A program made the translations under genes and the position numbers. Below the pieces are notes generated by a model. The model had not been told where the DNA came from. It was given only the letters and a program-made list of their open reading frames with translations, and did not search any database. Positions 42,559 through 56,824 of a DNA stretch of 64,000 bases are shown piece after piece. The stretch's first letter is position 1, and the number at the start of each line of letters is the position of its first letter. The stretch comes from the human T2T-CHM13v2.0 reference genome, Homo sapiens: the NCBI RefSeq assembly GCF_009914755.1, contig NC_060925.1. One strand, 5' to 3'.

Positions 42559-42983
42559 CAAGCCTTCAACGCAGCAGCTGTGGTGCACCACATGAGGAAG
42601 CTACACATGAACCTGCACAGCCCGGGCGTCCGCCCAGAGGTGGAGAACAGGCCGCCTGAAACTCAAGCCTCAGAAACCTCTAGACCCAGCTCCCCTGAGA
42701 TCACCATCACCGAGGCACCTGTCCTGGACCACAGTGTAGCACTCCCTGCCCTGACCCAATTACCCTGCCAGCATGGCCGCCGGCCCACTGCCCCTGGTGG
42801 CAGGTCCCTCAACTGCCTGGTCAATGGCTCCCTCCACATCAGCAGCAGCCTGGTGCCCATGCATCAGGGGTCCCTGGCCGCCGGGCCCTGTGGCTGCTGC
42901 TCCAGCTGCCTGAACATTGGGAGCAAAGGAAAGTCCTCCTACTGCTCTGAGCCCACACTCCTCAAAAAGGCCAACAAAAAACA
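42559..42983 (+). CDS. CAMK1G: CAMK1G exon 11 (QAFNAAAVVHHMRKL...PCGCCSSC...KKANKKQ)
   Basis: cttag| and |gtacgt, 425 nt; matches ORF 42580..43026. Confidence 0.95.
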
Positions 42984-43551
42984 GTACGTATTTTTAGCCA
43001 AAGATGGAGCCCCAGCTTGGGTCTGAAAGAAATCGGTCAACAGGACTGAAAGAAATGGACACAAAGGCCTCTCCCACTCATAGGCAGCTATATAGGGAGG
43101 GATGAGTTCTGGATGAGGGGGCAAGGAAAATGCTTCCAGCCCTGTCCCCATCACTTACTAGTTGTGAGGCCATTGACGAGTCAATGTCTCTGCTTCTATT
43201 TTGCTCATCTGTAAACTGGGTTGAAGTCTATTTACCCAATTAGCCTGCCTCACAGAGGTACTATAAAAGGTTAGTGAAGCAACAGAGATGATAAAAGCCC
43301 ACAGAAAACTGGGTATTTGCAAGTGGTGAGCATCAGATTCCCCGAGTTTCCAGGGCCTCTGTGCTTTGCAGAAGGAAGTGTAGGGGGGCTTGGTTATCTT
43401 TATCTTTTCTGCAGGTTCTTGAACTTTCTGAACCTCATGAGGGGAGAGCTGAGTGGATGCCACAGGCACAGAGAACTACCACCTCTGCCCTGCCCCATCG
43501 ACTCTTCTTCCCTCAAATACTTCAAAGGTTGTTGCTTCATTTCCTTTCTAG

Positions 43552-43642
43552 GAACTTCAAGTCGGAGGTCATGGTACCAGTTAAAGCCAGTGGCAGCTCC
43601 CACTGCCGGGCAGGGCAGACTGGAGTCTGTCTCATTATGTGA
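43552..43642 (+). CDS. CAMK1G: CAMK1G exon 12 coding part (NFKSEVMV...GVCLIM*); exon continues to 43679
   Basis: tctag| acceptor, TGA at 43640-43642; total CDS 1431 nt; C-terminal CaaX motif CLIM. Confidence 0.95.
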
Positions 43643-43806
43643 TTCCTGGAGCCTGTGCCTATGTCACTGCAATTTTCAGGTTAGGAGGGTCACAGTGTGA
43701 GGCTTGGGGAGAGTTTCTGTCCCAGAGGAGAGCCCCATGCCAGAGTGTGAGTGATGGGGTCTGAGGTGGCAACCCCCTCCTCACTCTGAGCCCCTTTCTC
43801 TTGCAG

Positions 43807-44706
43807 GAGACATATTCAACTCCTCTGCTCTTCCAAACCTGGTGTCTATCCGGCAGAGGGAGGAAGGCAGAGCAAGTGGAGCAGGGCTTAGCAGGAGCAG
43901 TTTCTGGCCAGAAGCACCAGCCTGCTGCCAGCGGGGCAGCCCCTCATAGGAGGCCCAGGAGGGAGCCCCAAGGCGTAGAAGCCTTGTTGAAGCTGTGAGC
44001 AGGAGAAGCGGTGCCCACCAGCTTCCAGGTCTCCCTGACCTGCCTGCTCTATGCCCCACACCCTACGTGCCGTGGCTCTGTGCAGTGTACGTAGATAGCT
44101 CTCGCCTGGGTCTGTGCTGTTTGTCGTGAAAAGCTTAATGGGCTGGCCAGGCTGTGTCACCTTCTCCAAGCAAAGCCATATGGAGCATCTACCCAGACTC
44201 CCACTCTGCACACACTCACTCCCACCTCTCAAGCCTCCAACCTCTTGGCCAGATTGGGCTCATTAATGTCGTTGCCTGCCCATCTGCATGAATGACAGGC
44301 AGCTCCCCATGGTGGTCTGCCTGTGAGCTCTTCAAGTTCTAATCCTTAACTCCAGGATTAGCTCCCAAGTGCGCTGAGACCCAGCCAGCACACTTCTGGC
44401 CCTTCTCCCTGCCTCAATCTAAAAGCAGTGCCACACCCTCCAAAGTGGAATAGAAAGAAGTTCATGAGTAAGGGCTGCAAGGAATTCTTATCCTGGCCAC
44501 ATGTCCTCCGTGCACACACCCAATGGAGTTAACCTTGGAAGTTGACTATTTTAATGTCTGCCAGGAGTTCTAATCCTGCCTCTGTTCCCTTTTCTCTCCT
44601 TGAAAGTCCAGCACACCATTCTTGTCCTTCCCCAGTTTCCTCGCCCTCCACCCCTCCAGCTTCATGCTCAGTGTTGTGCTTAATAAAATGGACATATTTT
44701 TCTCTA
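43807..44706 (+). other. CAMK1G: CAMK1G exon 13 (3' UTR terminal exon)
   Basis: Donor TTCAG|gttagg after 43679, acceptor ttctcttgcag| at 43806, AATAAA at 44682. Confidence 0.8.
44682..44687 (+). terminator. CAMK1G polyadenylation signal AATAAA
   Basis: Canonical hexamer followed by T-rich sequence at the expected gene end. Confidence 0.8.
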
Positions 44707-45675
44707 TGAGGCTTCATTTGGTTCTTTCAAAGTCAGGAGCAGTTCAGGGACTTCTGAGCATGTCTGGAGTAGAGAGTGCATGGATGGCTGGGGTCAGCAA
44801 GGAACCAGCAGTTGTAGCTGATGTGCATACAGATGTGCATATAGCTGAGTATACAGTGCTCCAGGCACTGGACATGAGTTACATCATTAACTCATTACTT
44901 CTCACAACAACCCCTTGGGACAGGTTCTGTTGGAACCGAGGCAGTCTGGCTTTAGTGGCCATTCTCTTAATGGCTCTATTAGATGAGCATGAGTTCGAGC
45001 CCCAGCTCTGCCCCGACCTGCCATATCTGTGACCTTGGGGAAGTTACTTAGTCTTTCGTGCCTTGGTTTCCTCACTTATCCAATGGGAATAGCAGTGCCA
45101 CCTGCATCATGAAATGATGCAGATGATGTGCCCAGCCTCGTGGCCAATAAATAATCAAAATGATTAACAATGATCAAGAAGTTAATGTAGATAAAATGTC
45201 TAGCACAGTGCCTGCTTGGGCCATGGTTAACACACAAATGTCCATGCCATTCCATATCATCCTCCACCCCACCCCCCACACATATCCATTTACAACTTCT
45301 CTTTAAGACCCCAAGAGACATAGATTCTAGTCTTAGTCCTTCCTCTGGAAGCTGCATGAATTTGAACGTTCCTTCCCTTCCCTGGATTTCTATTTCCCCA
45401 TCTGTAAGCAAGAAGTTGAATCGCTGCTTAGAGATGAAAACTGCTTCTCTGGTCTCTCAAGGATAGAATCCATCAGGTTCTAGGGCAGAGGGGCCCAGAC
45501 TCCCTAAATCTGGGTGCCCAGAAAGCCGGGTGGAACAGAGGAGAGCAAAATATGGGCTTGAATAGAGGAGTCCCCACAAACCCCAAATGGGAGACAGAAA
45601 CAGTGGCAAGAGTTTACCCAGTGAGGGGACAGACTGTTTTTCCTCGTTGAACCTCCAGGCTCTTTTCCAAAGATT

Positions 45676-45681
45676 TTTATT
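45676..45681 (-). terminator. LAMB3 polyadenylation signal AATAAA
   Basis: TTTATT on the + strand, about 360 nt past the LAMB3 stop codon. Confidence 0.75.
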
Positions 45682-46037
45682 TGGCTTTTCATTTTTACAT
45701 CACTTTTGTTAAGTTTTTGTGCTTGGTCCAGGATTCCTCCCCAGTGGAGAACTAAAGGCGGGGGATACTGCCCAGCCCAGCTTCCTTGACTTGAGAGCTC
45801 TTAGTTTCAATGGCATGCCAATCTCCACCATCTTTGTCTGTCAAGTGTAACTGTCCCATTGGCTCAGGCTCAGCTGCAGCTCAGGGTAATCTTACTAGCT
45901 ACACACCAGGGGTGGTCCAGGCTGTACTTTAGGCTGCATGAAAGTCTCCTGGAGATGGAAAGCATTCCAACCCAATCTGCCCCCAACCAAAAGCAAAGGC
46001 GGCAGATGAGTGGGGCAACGGGCTGGAAGCTGTAGCA

Positions 46038-46448
<411 letters not shown>

Positions 46449-47223
46449 CTAATGAAGGAGGTCACAAACACCCATCATCATATCTTAGCGATGACTCTAG
46501 TTCCCAGGAGCCCCTGTTCTCCTTTCTAAGGAATTTTTGGAACCCTTTTGAAAGCTACTTTCATTATGTTTCTGTCATATTCAAAGCCCTTGGATGTGCC
46601 CTACCGCCTCCTGAGCTATCTACCCTCCTCATCCTCACACTAGAAGCCAGGCACAGGGACAAGTCATGTTGACCTCATGCCACTTCTTTCCTACCAGCTC
46701 CTCAGCAACCCTCTTCTCCTGTCCCTATGTCAGAACATATCTTGTTGGGGCTTCCCAACACCCTTATCCTAATGTCCCTCCTCTTCCTCACAGCTTCTCC
46801 CAGGCCTACACATCCTTCCAGGCCCATCTCAAATCTTCTTTTCTTACCTTCACTGAACATGTCTCTCTCAAATTATTTATTCCCTGAACCCCAGAACTCT
46901 TATTATTCAACCCCTATCAGAGACCACCTCATCCTGTTAAATATAATTCTATGCATCTTAAGCATAAAGCAATAGGAATAAAAAATATGACCCCACTGTT
47001 TGCAAAAACAGAGAAAATGGTCCCATTAATTGCAAGCTTTTTGAGGCCAGGACAAGTCATGGGACCATCTCTGCATTCCCCAGCCTCATACATGCTAGAT
47101 GCCCAGAAAAAATCTCATTTGATCTCACTCCCATAGCACGGCTAGCTCCAATAAGAACGGGCTTCAGAAGCCTTGGGTTGGGTGGGACCAGCCTTCATGA
47201 ATGCCCAATAGTCCATGCCCCTA

Positions 47224-47613
<390 letters not shown>

Positions 47614-48158
47614 TCACTCCCAGGACAATGTCAGTCACATCATAGGATATTAATAGTAGGCTGTCACTTAATAGCATACTTAGCAACTTGGTCACTGTGC
47701 CAGGATTGAAAGTGCCAATGTTCCTGGCCATAGCGGGAGCAGGTAGTGTGCTTGAGACACTGAGAATGGGCTCTTTGATCTTCTCTCTCATCTAATTCTG
47801 ACAATCATGGAGCCCAGGTTAGGTTAAGCAAAGAGCATCTGTCCAGGCTGGGAATCCAAGAGACAAGCTCTGGATCCAGTGTCAGGGGACCTGCTTTGTA
47901 GATGATTCTTAGGCCTGTGAACGAGTCACCACCTCATCTGTAAAAGGAAAGGGACTGGACTAGGTCATCTCCAGTGTCCCTGAGCCAGCTATACCAAAAG
48001 CAGTGGAGGGAGAAATCAGATGCCTGGCCAGGTTTGGGTTGACTCTCAAGCCTCTTCTGGTTCTGTTATTCTAAGCACTTTTGAGTTTGTGGTCTTATAA
48101 AGTGTGCAAAGTCCTCCTCTGCTCAGGACCCCCTCACTGGCCGTACATCATTGAGCTA

Positions 48159-48392
<234 letters not shown>

Positions 48393-48592
48393 TCATAGGT
48401 CGGGGGGTTCATCCCCATTTTTTCTCCAACTCATCAGGCAGCAAAAACCCTCTCCAACCAGAACAAACACAATTGCCCACCTCTCACCCCTCCTTCTGCA
48501 TCCCAGCCACAAGACCAGAAAATCCAAGGCCCATAGCCTGCCCAAAGCTTGTCACTCTCCTCTAGAACTCCACCTCAGGTTTTATCTAGTCA

Positions 48593-48946
<354 letters not shown>

Positions 48947-49202
48947 TCAGTAGCTTTGATGTCCCAGGACCCCACCAAGCAGACGTGATGAATGTTCCCA
49001 TTATGCCCAAGACACCTTCTGGGCGGTTTCCAATACGGAAGACACAGTCATGCAAATTAAGTTTAACCTGCACTCTGGACTCTGTGTACCACTCTCCACC
49101 ATGGTAAGCACCCCCTCCTGTCTCCCAGCCCTCTGTACCCCTCTCCCAGCAACGGGGTTGAGGAGCAAAACGCCAGCTTAATCCTGGGCAGAGAGAAGTT
49201 CA

Positions 49203-49577
<375 letters not shown>

Positions 49578-52569
49578 TCAGGCGCCTGTTCTCCAGGGAT
49601 TTCTGGGAATGCTGTAGGAGGATGACTATCCTGTGCTCCATGCTGCAGCAGGGAGGAGGAGGGGTGTCGTCACAGCTGTGCCAACTAAGTGTCTGGTGCC
49701 ACAGGAAGCTGCGGGCTGGGGAGAAGGAGGTGGTGCCAGACAGCTGGTACTGAACAATGCCTGCAGCACATGCACAATCAGCCCTAAATTGGGAAGAGTG
49801 GCCAGAAACTGGAGCTGCTTCCTTGGCAAAAAGACCCCTTCCCTGCATTCCCCCTCAGGCAAGATTGCTCATTTGTGCAAAGGCAAATAAGAATGATCAA
49901 GTCTCTGCTGGAATATCACCTTCTCAGGGAGGCCAACCCCAGCCATCCAATCTAGAATTGCAACCTCCACCCTGGACTGTAGCACACCTTATCGTCCCTC
50001 CCTGCCTTATCTTTCTGTCTAGCACTTGCACCACCCATGTGCCAAACACTGTACTCATTTAACTGGTTTGTTTGGTCTCTTTTCCTCTAGAATGTAAGCT
50101 CTACAAGGGCAGGGCCTGGGTTTTGTCCACAGCTATATCCCCAGACCCCAGCACAGTGCCTGGCACTTGGAGGTCCTCATGTGCGTAGAGTGAATGAATG
50201 ATTGACAGGGCTTCAGGTTCAGATCTCTGCTTTACTATTCAAGCCACCTGGGCAAGTCAAGTGGTTCCTCTAAGCTCAGTTTCCTGATCGGTGAAAAAGG
50301 AATATCAATCCCCAATCTGAAGGTACAACATGAAACAATCCATTTGCAAGAGTTGTTACAAACCAACTCTGGGTCAGAGGGTAAGGTCAGAAGTACAGAG
50401 ATGACATCTCCTCCCCATCTCTCCCAATTTGCTTTTACAGATTTCACTGGTATTGAGGTATTAAGGAGGGGGGCACCCACTCACCAGATGATTTGCCCTG
50501 GAATCTGAACTCCTCTGGGGCCCCAGGCCCAGTTTCACTCTACAACTAGAGGATACTAGCTGGTCACACAGGTCTCATTCCCTGCCCCATCCCATGCCAG
50601 GTGGAAGGACACTCCTGGAGGGTGGAAGCCATGCTTGTTCATTGCTGTGTCCCTCGGGGCTTGCATGCAGCATAACTGTGGTTGAGTTTCATTAAGTGGG
50701 TTTATCCCAGCAGCAAGCTTTCATAAGGACCTTCCTAATAGAGCTCGTCAACCTCTCTTCTAACCCAGAGTCCCACTCTCAAAACAAGGCTTCATGTGCA
50801 CCTTCTCAAGAAAGCCTTCCAGGATGAGCACATCCCCACCTAGATCTTGCCCTTCCTTTACTCTGCACCACTTCAGCTGCATCCTCAGGGTCAATCGGTA
50901 TGACATTCAGTCGCAGAGCCTTCTGGGTCTCAGGATGGGCTCAGTAAATATTTACTGCTTTGAGCAAAAGCATGGGAGGAGTTGAGACTGCAAATCAAAT
51001 TAAACTCAGTCCCTGCCTTTATGGAGCTGGAAATCTAATGGGAGACAGGCACATGAACAAGGAAGTACAGCTTTGAGTGAGCGGAGTAAACACAGGTGCT
51101 ATGATGGCCATGGAAGGGGCCCCCAGCGCCATCTGATAGGTCCAGGGAGGCTGCCTGGAGAGTGGGATGCCTAGATTCCTAGAGGATGAGCAGGAGCTAG
51201 ACAGGTCAGCAGAGGTGGGAGAGGGGAGACGATCCAGAGAGAGGAAAAACATTCGCAAAGGCAAGAGGCAAGAGAAAGTGTGTTTGTGTATGCACACTCG
51301 CATGTGTGTATGTATTTGTGTGTCTATGCCGTAAAGCAATAGGGTGTGAATGACAGAGTCAGACAATTAGGCTTGAAGCCTACCTGCACCACTGCCAAGC
51401 TAGATGCCTTTAGGCAAGTTGCTTAACCTCTCTGTGCCTAGATTACTTGTGTGCAAAGTGGAAGTAATAAGAGTACTTAGTTCATGTAGTCAGGAATAAA
51501 TGATGTAATACATGCAAAGCACTTGGAACAGTGCCTGGACTCAGTTAGAACTTAATAAGCCTTAACTATTCATTTTGTCAATTCCATTTGAAGAACTGGG
51601 AAAGGCGATGTTTCCTCCTCCCTCCACAGACTTTCCACTCTCCCTCCCACACTGTGACCCTATATCGGACAGCAGCCAGCGCTCAGTGGCTTCTGCACCA
51701 GGACTCTGGAGACCAGAGTCCAAGCCCACCGCTACAGAAAATTTTCCTGGGTTTCCCCCTGGGGCCAGGCCTCTCTCAGGCCCTGCTTTTTCTCTCTGAC
51801 CCTGGACTCATCATAAGACTTGACCTGAGATACAAGTATAAGAGAGAGGACAAAAGGGGCCTGGCAGCTCCCTGTCTGTTCACATGAGCCTCAGCTGCAC
51901 CCGGCAGGAGAGAATTCCAACTCACCTCCCACCCACTGAGGCCAGAGCCCTGGCTGAGATTAATGCAGGATGAGTGGCCATTCAGCCTCACTGGACTTGA
52001 CTCAGGGGCAAGAATCCCTTATCCATGAGCCTAAGCCCCACACCTTGACCTCCCCCATCATCCACGTTTGTGGGGCACAATCTCCCTACATCCCCAGGTA
52101 ATATTTTCCCCAGGTGAGTGCCTCAAGGCCTTATGCAAGTCATGAGACCTCAGAAGAACTTTCCTGCCCCTCTCTGACCTGCCACCTGCACTCAGGAGGG
52201 GACTTCGGCCTATCTGGGGCAAAAACACTGTAATAGTAGCAAGAGGAGCCACTGTCATTACACCAAGCCCTGGGCTCGTATTAACTGGGCTCCCAGCCAA
52301 GCAAATAACCTGGCAGGAACCAGAAATCTAACAATATCAACTCTTGTTCCTGAGGCACTTTTCCTTTTTCAAAACACATTTTACATCAGTTATTTGATCC
52401 TCAGAATAAACTTGTGAAATACTACCGTCCCCATTTATAGAAGCAAAAGATGAGGCAAAGAGAAAAGCAGCCTGCCCAATGTCACACGAGTCTCCCGGGT
52501 CCTGTTTAGGGATCTTTCCATTGTACAGCCCTTCCTCACTCCCCAGAGCAGTGAGGAAGGGTGTCTGGT

Positions 52570-53463
<894 letters not shown>

Positions 53464-53749
53464 CTAGGTCAGAAGGGGTAAGGCCCCAAGGGAACCTCTC
53501 AGCAGCCCCACGATTCTGCGGATCATCCTCTATGCCAAGACCTACCTAGGAAGCATTTGTAACCAACCCAGCTTACATGTGGATGTTCAGTAAAAGAGAA
53601 AAAAAACTATCTTGCACTTGCTGTGGCACCTTAAGCAGGTCACCTAAAATCTCTGGACTTTAGTGTAAAATGGGAACTCTGACTTGCCCGGGGGATCTAT
53701 CCTGTCTGCCTCCTCCTACCTGTGCCCACCCCGCCTCGGCTGCACTTAC

Positions 53750-53947
53750 CATCTGCCTGGTCCGCTGGAGCTGGGCATTGAAGCCCCGCAGCTGCTCAGC
53801 CACCTGCCCCGCCATCAAGAAGGCCCCACCGGCCCTGGGAAGGACACCCCTGCAGCGGGAGCCACAGGCTGTGCCATTGTCTTGGGGACATAGCTCACCA
53901 GGGCATGATATTGGGGTGCAAGCCATCTGCCTGGAGTTGCCACAGAG
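53750..53947 (-). CDS. LAMB3: LAMB3 exon 17 ([20 protein letters not shown]...RTRQM), Cys-rich alpha/beta-knob region
   Basis: AG/GT junctions, 198 nt. Confidence 0.95.
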
Positions 53948-54211
53948 CTGTGGACAGATGGCGGTGTTAAAGAGGCTACCCAAAGCCCCTCAATAACCAA
54001 TCCCACCCCACACCTGGGAAACCAACAGCCAGACATCTCCATGACAACCAAGCACCAGAAACAGCCAGACATCTCCATGAGAGCTAAGGACCAGAAACTG
54101 GTTTCCTTGGCAACCACTGAGCTCACAGTGAGCAGTACAAGGGTCGGGATGGCTGGGGGAGTGGGGTTCTCACAGGGGCAGATCTGCCCTAATAGGAAGC
54201 AGGTGGCAGCA

Positions 54212-54278
54212 GTTGGTGTGTGACAAGCTGGGGTGTGGGCTCCAGGAAGTGGGACTCCATGCCCCAAGTCACCTTGTT
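54212..54278 (-). ncRNA. MIR4260: MIR4260 precursor; mature CUUGGGGCAUGGAGUCCCA at 54250-54268
   Basis: Matches the hsa-mir-4260 sequence as I recall it; lies at the 5' end of LAMB3 intron 16. Confidence 0.75.
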
Positions 54279-54493
54279 GAAGGTGGGTGTCAGGTCAGGC
54301 AACGAAGACATCTCCAGCCTCAGGGCCACAAGCTTGGGGCTGCCGGTGCCTCCTCCTCCTCCCGCCTGCCGCACCAGCCTCTCTGCCTCTCTCCGGCTGT
54401 CCCTGAGCTGGTCCAAAAGGCGCGAGCTGTCGGAGACCTGCTGAGCAGCCTGGGCTGACTGCTCGTAGGCTGTGCTCAGCATCCGGAAGGCTC
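54273..54493 (-). CDS. LAMB3: LAMB3 exon 16 ([12 protein letters not shown]...DLTPTFNK)
   Basis: AG/GT junctions, 221 nt. Confidence 0.95.
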
Positions 54494-54607
54494 CTGTGGC
54501 GAGAAGCATGAGGAATGGAGATGGAGGAGGAGCAGGAGGGAGAGGGGGTGGCATGCCCACCACGGCAGTGCCCATGCCCGGGGTTATCCGGGTGCCCCTC
54601 TCCTCAC

Positions 54608-54768
54608 CTGAAGGATCAGCACTGCTTATTTTTTCAAACTGCTCCCTCTTCCTCTGATACATAGTAAGGAGACCATTGAAGCTTCTGTCAAGACTCTCCA
54701 GGTCTCTCGGAAGGGACAACGTCTCCTCCTCCAGGGGCAGATCCAGCTGCAGGCCCTGGAGAGTTCGC
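54608..54768 (-). CDS. LAMB3: LAMB3 exon 15 ([10 protein letters not shown]...ISSADPS)
   Basis: AG/GT junctions, 161 nt. Confidence 0.95.
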
Positions 54769-55629
54769 CTGAGAAGGGAGAGGAGCTTACACTAAAATAT
54801 AGGAGGGAGTTTTGCCTCCCCAAAGCAGCTATCCCCTCAGAGCAACTGCTACTGAGTCAGAACAAACAGAGACCTTGGGCAAAGGCAACAGAACAGAGAA
54901 TCCACAGGCTAAGGGGGTTCCGCTGGACAGAGGCTTGGCGACCAGCACAATCTTTCTCTGTCCAGGTGCAGATGGAGCCACAAAACTCTCCTCCCTTGAC
55001 TTCTATGACCCAACATTCCCAATTCTCCTCCCCCTCTTCCAGATCCTGGCTTCCATGAGGAGCAATGCCCTGATGCCCTCCTCCTTCGCTCTCTATGGGC
55101 TGGCTTCAGCTACCATCTGTACAGCTGCAGCTCCAAAATCTCTTCCACAGTCCACACCTCCCACTCAGCTCCAGATCCCATCACTGCTGCCAGCTGGTCA
55201 TCCCCCCGAAGGAGGCTCAGAGTCTACCTCCCAGGCCCTTGGCCACTGAGCTCTTGGAGAGTCCTCTCTCCCTGTGCCCTTTGCAGCTCCACCAACCCAA
55301 CCACCAGCTCCCTCCTCCAAGCCTCACATTCTCCACCTCCAGGCTTTGATCAGGCACAGAACGCCCTTCCATGGAATGCCCCTCCATGCCTGTGTTTCCA
55401 ACCTACTGAATCTGGTGGACTGACTGCCCGAATCTGAGACTTAGGTCAGAAGGCACCTCTGTGAAGCCTGCCATGACACATTATAACATGCGTCACATTA
55501 TAGTTTACCATTTACACATCATTCTCCCCAGTGCGAGCTTCTTGAGCGCAAAGATTATGTCATACTAATTTCAATATCCCCAATGCCTGTACAATGCTTG
55601 TTTCATCATAGATGCTCTAAAATTATGTA

Positions 55630-55770
55630 AAGAGAAAGAAAGAGAGAGAGGAAGGAAGGAAGGAAGGAAGGAAGGAAGGAAGGAAGGAAGGAAGGAAGGA
55701 AGGAAGGAAGGAAAAAAAGGGAAGGAAGGAAGGAAGGAAAAAAGAAGGAAAAGAAGGAAGGAAGGAAGGT
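55630..55770. repeat. (GGAA)n polypurine microsatellite
   Basis: Direct reading. Confidence 0.95.
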
Positions 55771-56422
55771 AGGTTGGTTTTCAATATTCGCTTGAGTTCC
55801 TCTCCCGGAGCCCCCAGCCAGAAGCTCTAGCACATCGTGAGTCACGGAGCCTCCATTTTCATTCTTCTCAGGCTGCCTTTTCCTTCCCCACCACTCACAC
55901 ACCTGGATGGCTCTGTGCACAGTCAGAAAGCCAGTGCTCAGGGAATGCAAACTAATTATAGAAGCTTCCAGAACTGAACCTCACTAAGAAGGCACCTCTG
56001 CTGGTGGGATGGGGGTGTGGGCGGGACCAACTTCCATTCCAAAGCCACACGTGAGTTATTTTTAGAGCCCCTGCCTCTCGGATGCCCTCCGCCAGGGTGA
56101 CTAATCCAGAGCTGACTCTCTCCCACAGGCAGCACTGGGCACTTAAAAGAACGCTGGGCTTGGGCTCCTGGACTGTGTTCTGAGGCCCAGCTCTGCCCTT
56201 CAGTGGTCATGTGGCTCTGTCACATCACCTGTCTGTGCCTGTTTTCTCATCTGCAAAACCACACCAGCCTCACAGGACTGTTGTAATGGTTGAAAGAGAG
56301 AGCACTGTGAAAATGCCTTTAAACTGTAATGCACTGTACAAATGTAAGGAAGGACCAGCATGCCCGGTACTGGAACCCCTGGAGCATAATTCTTGCAAAT
56401 GCTTGGCAGGGAAAGGGAATTA

Positions 56423-56824
<402 letters not shown>

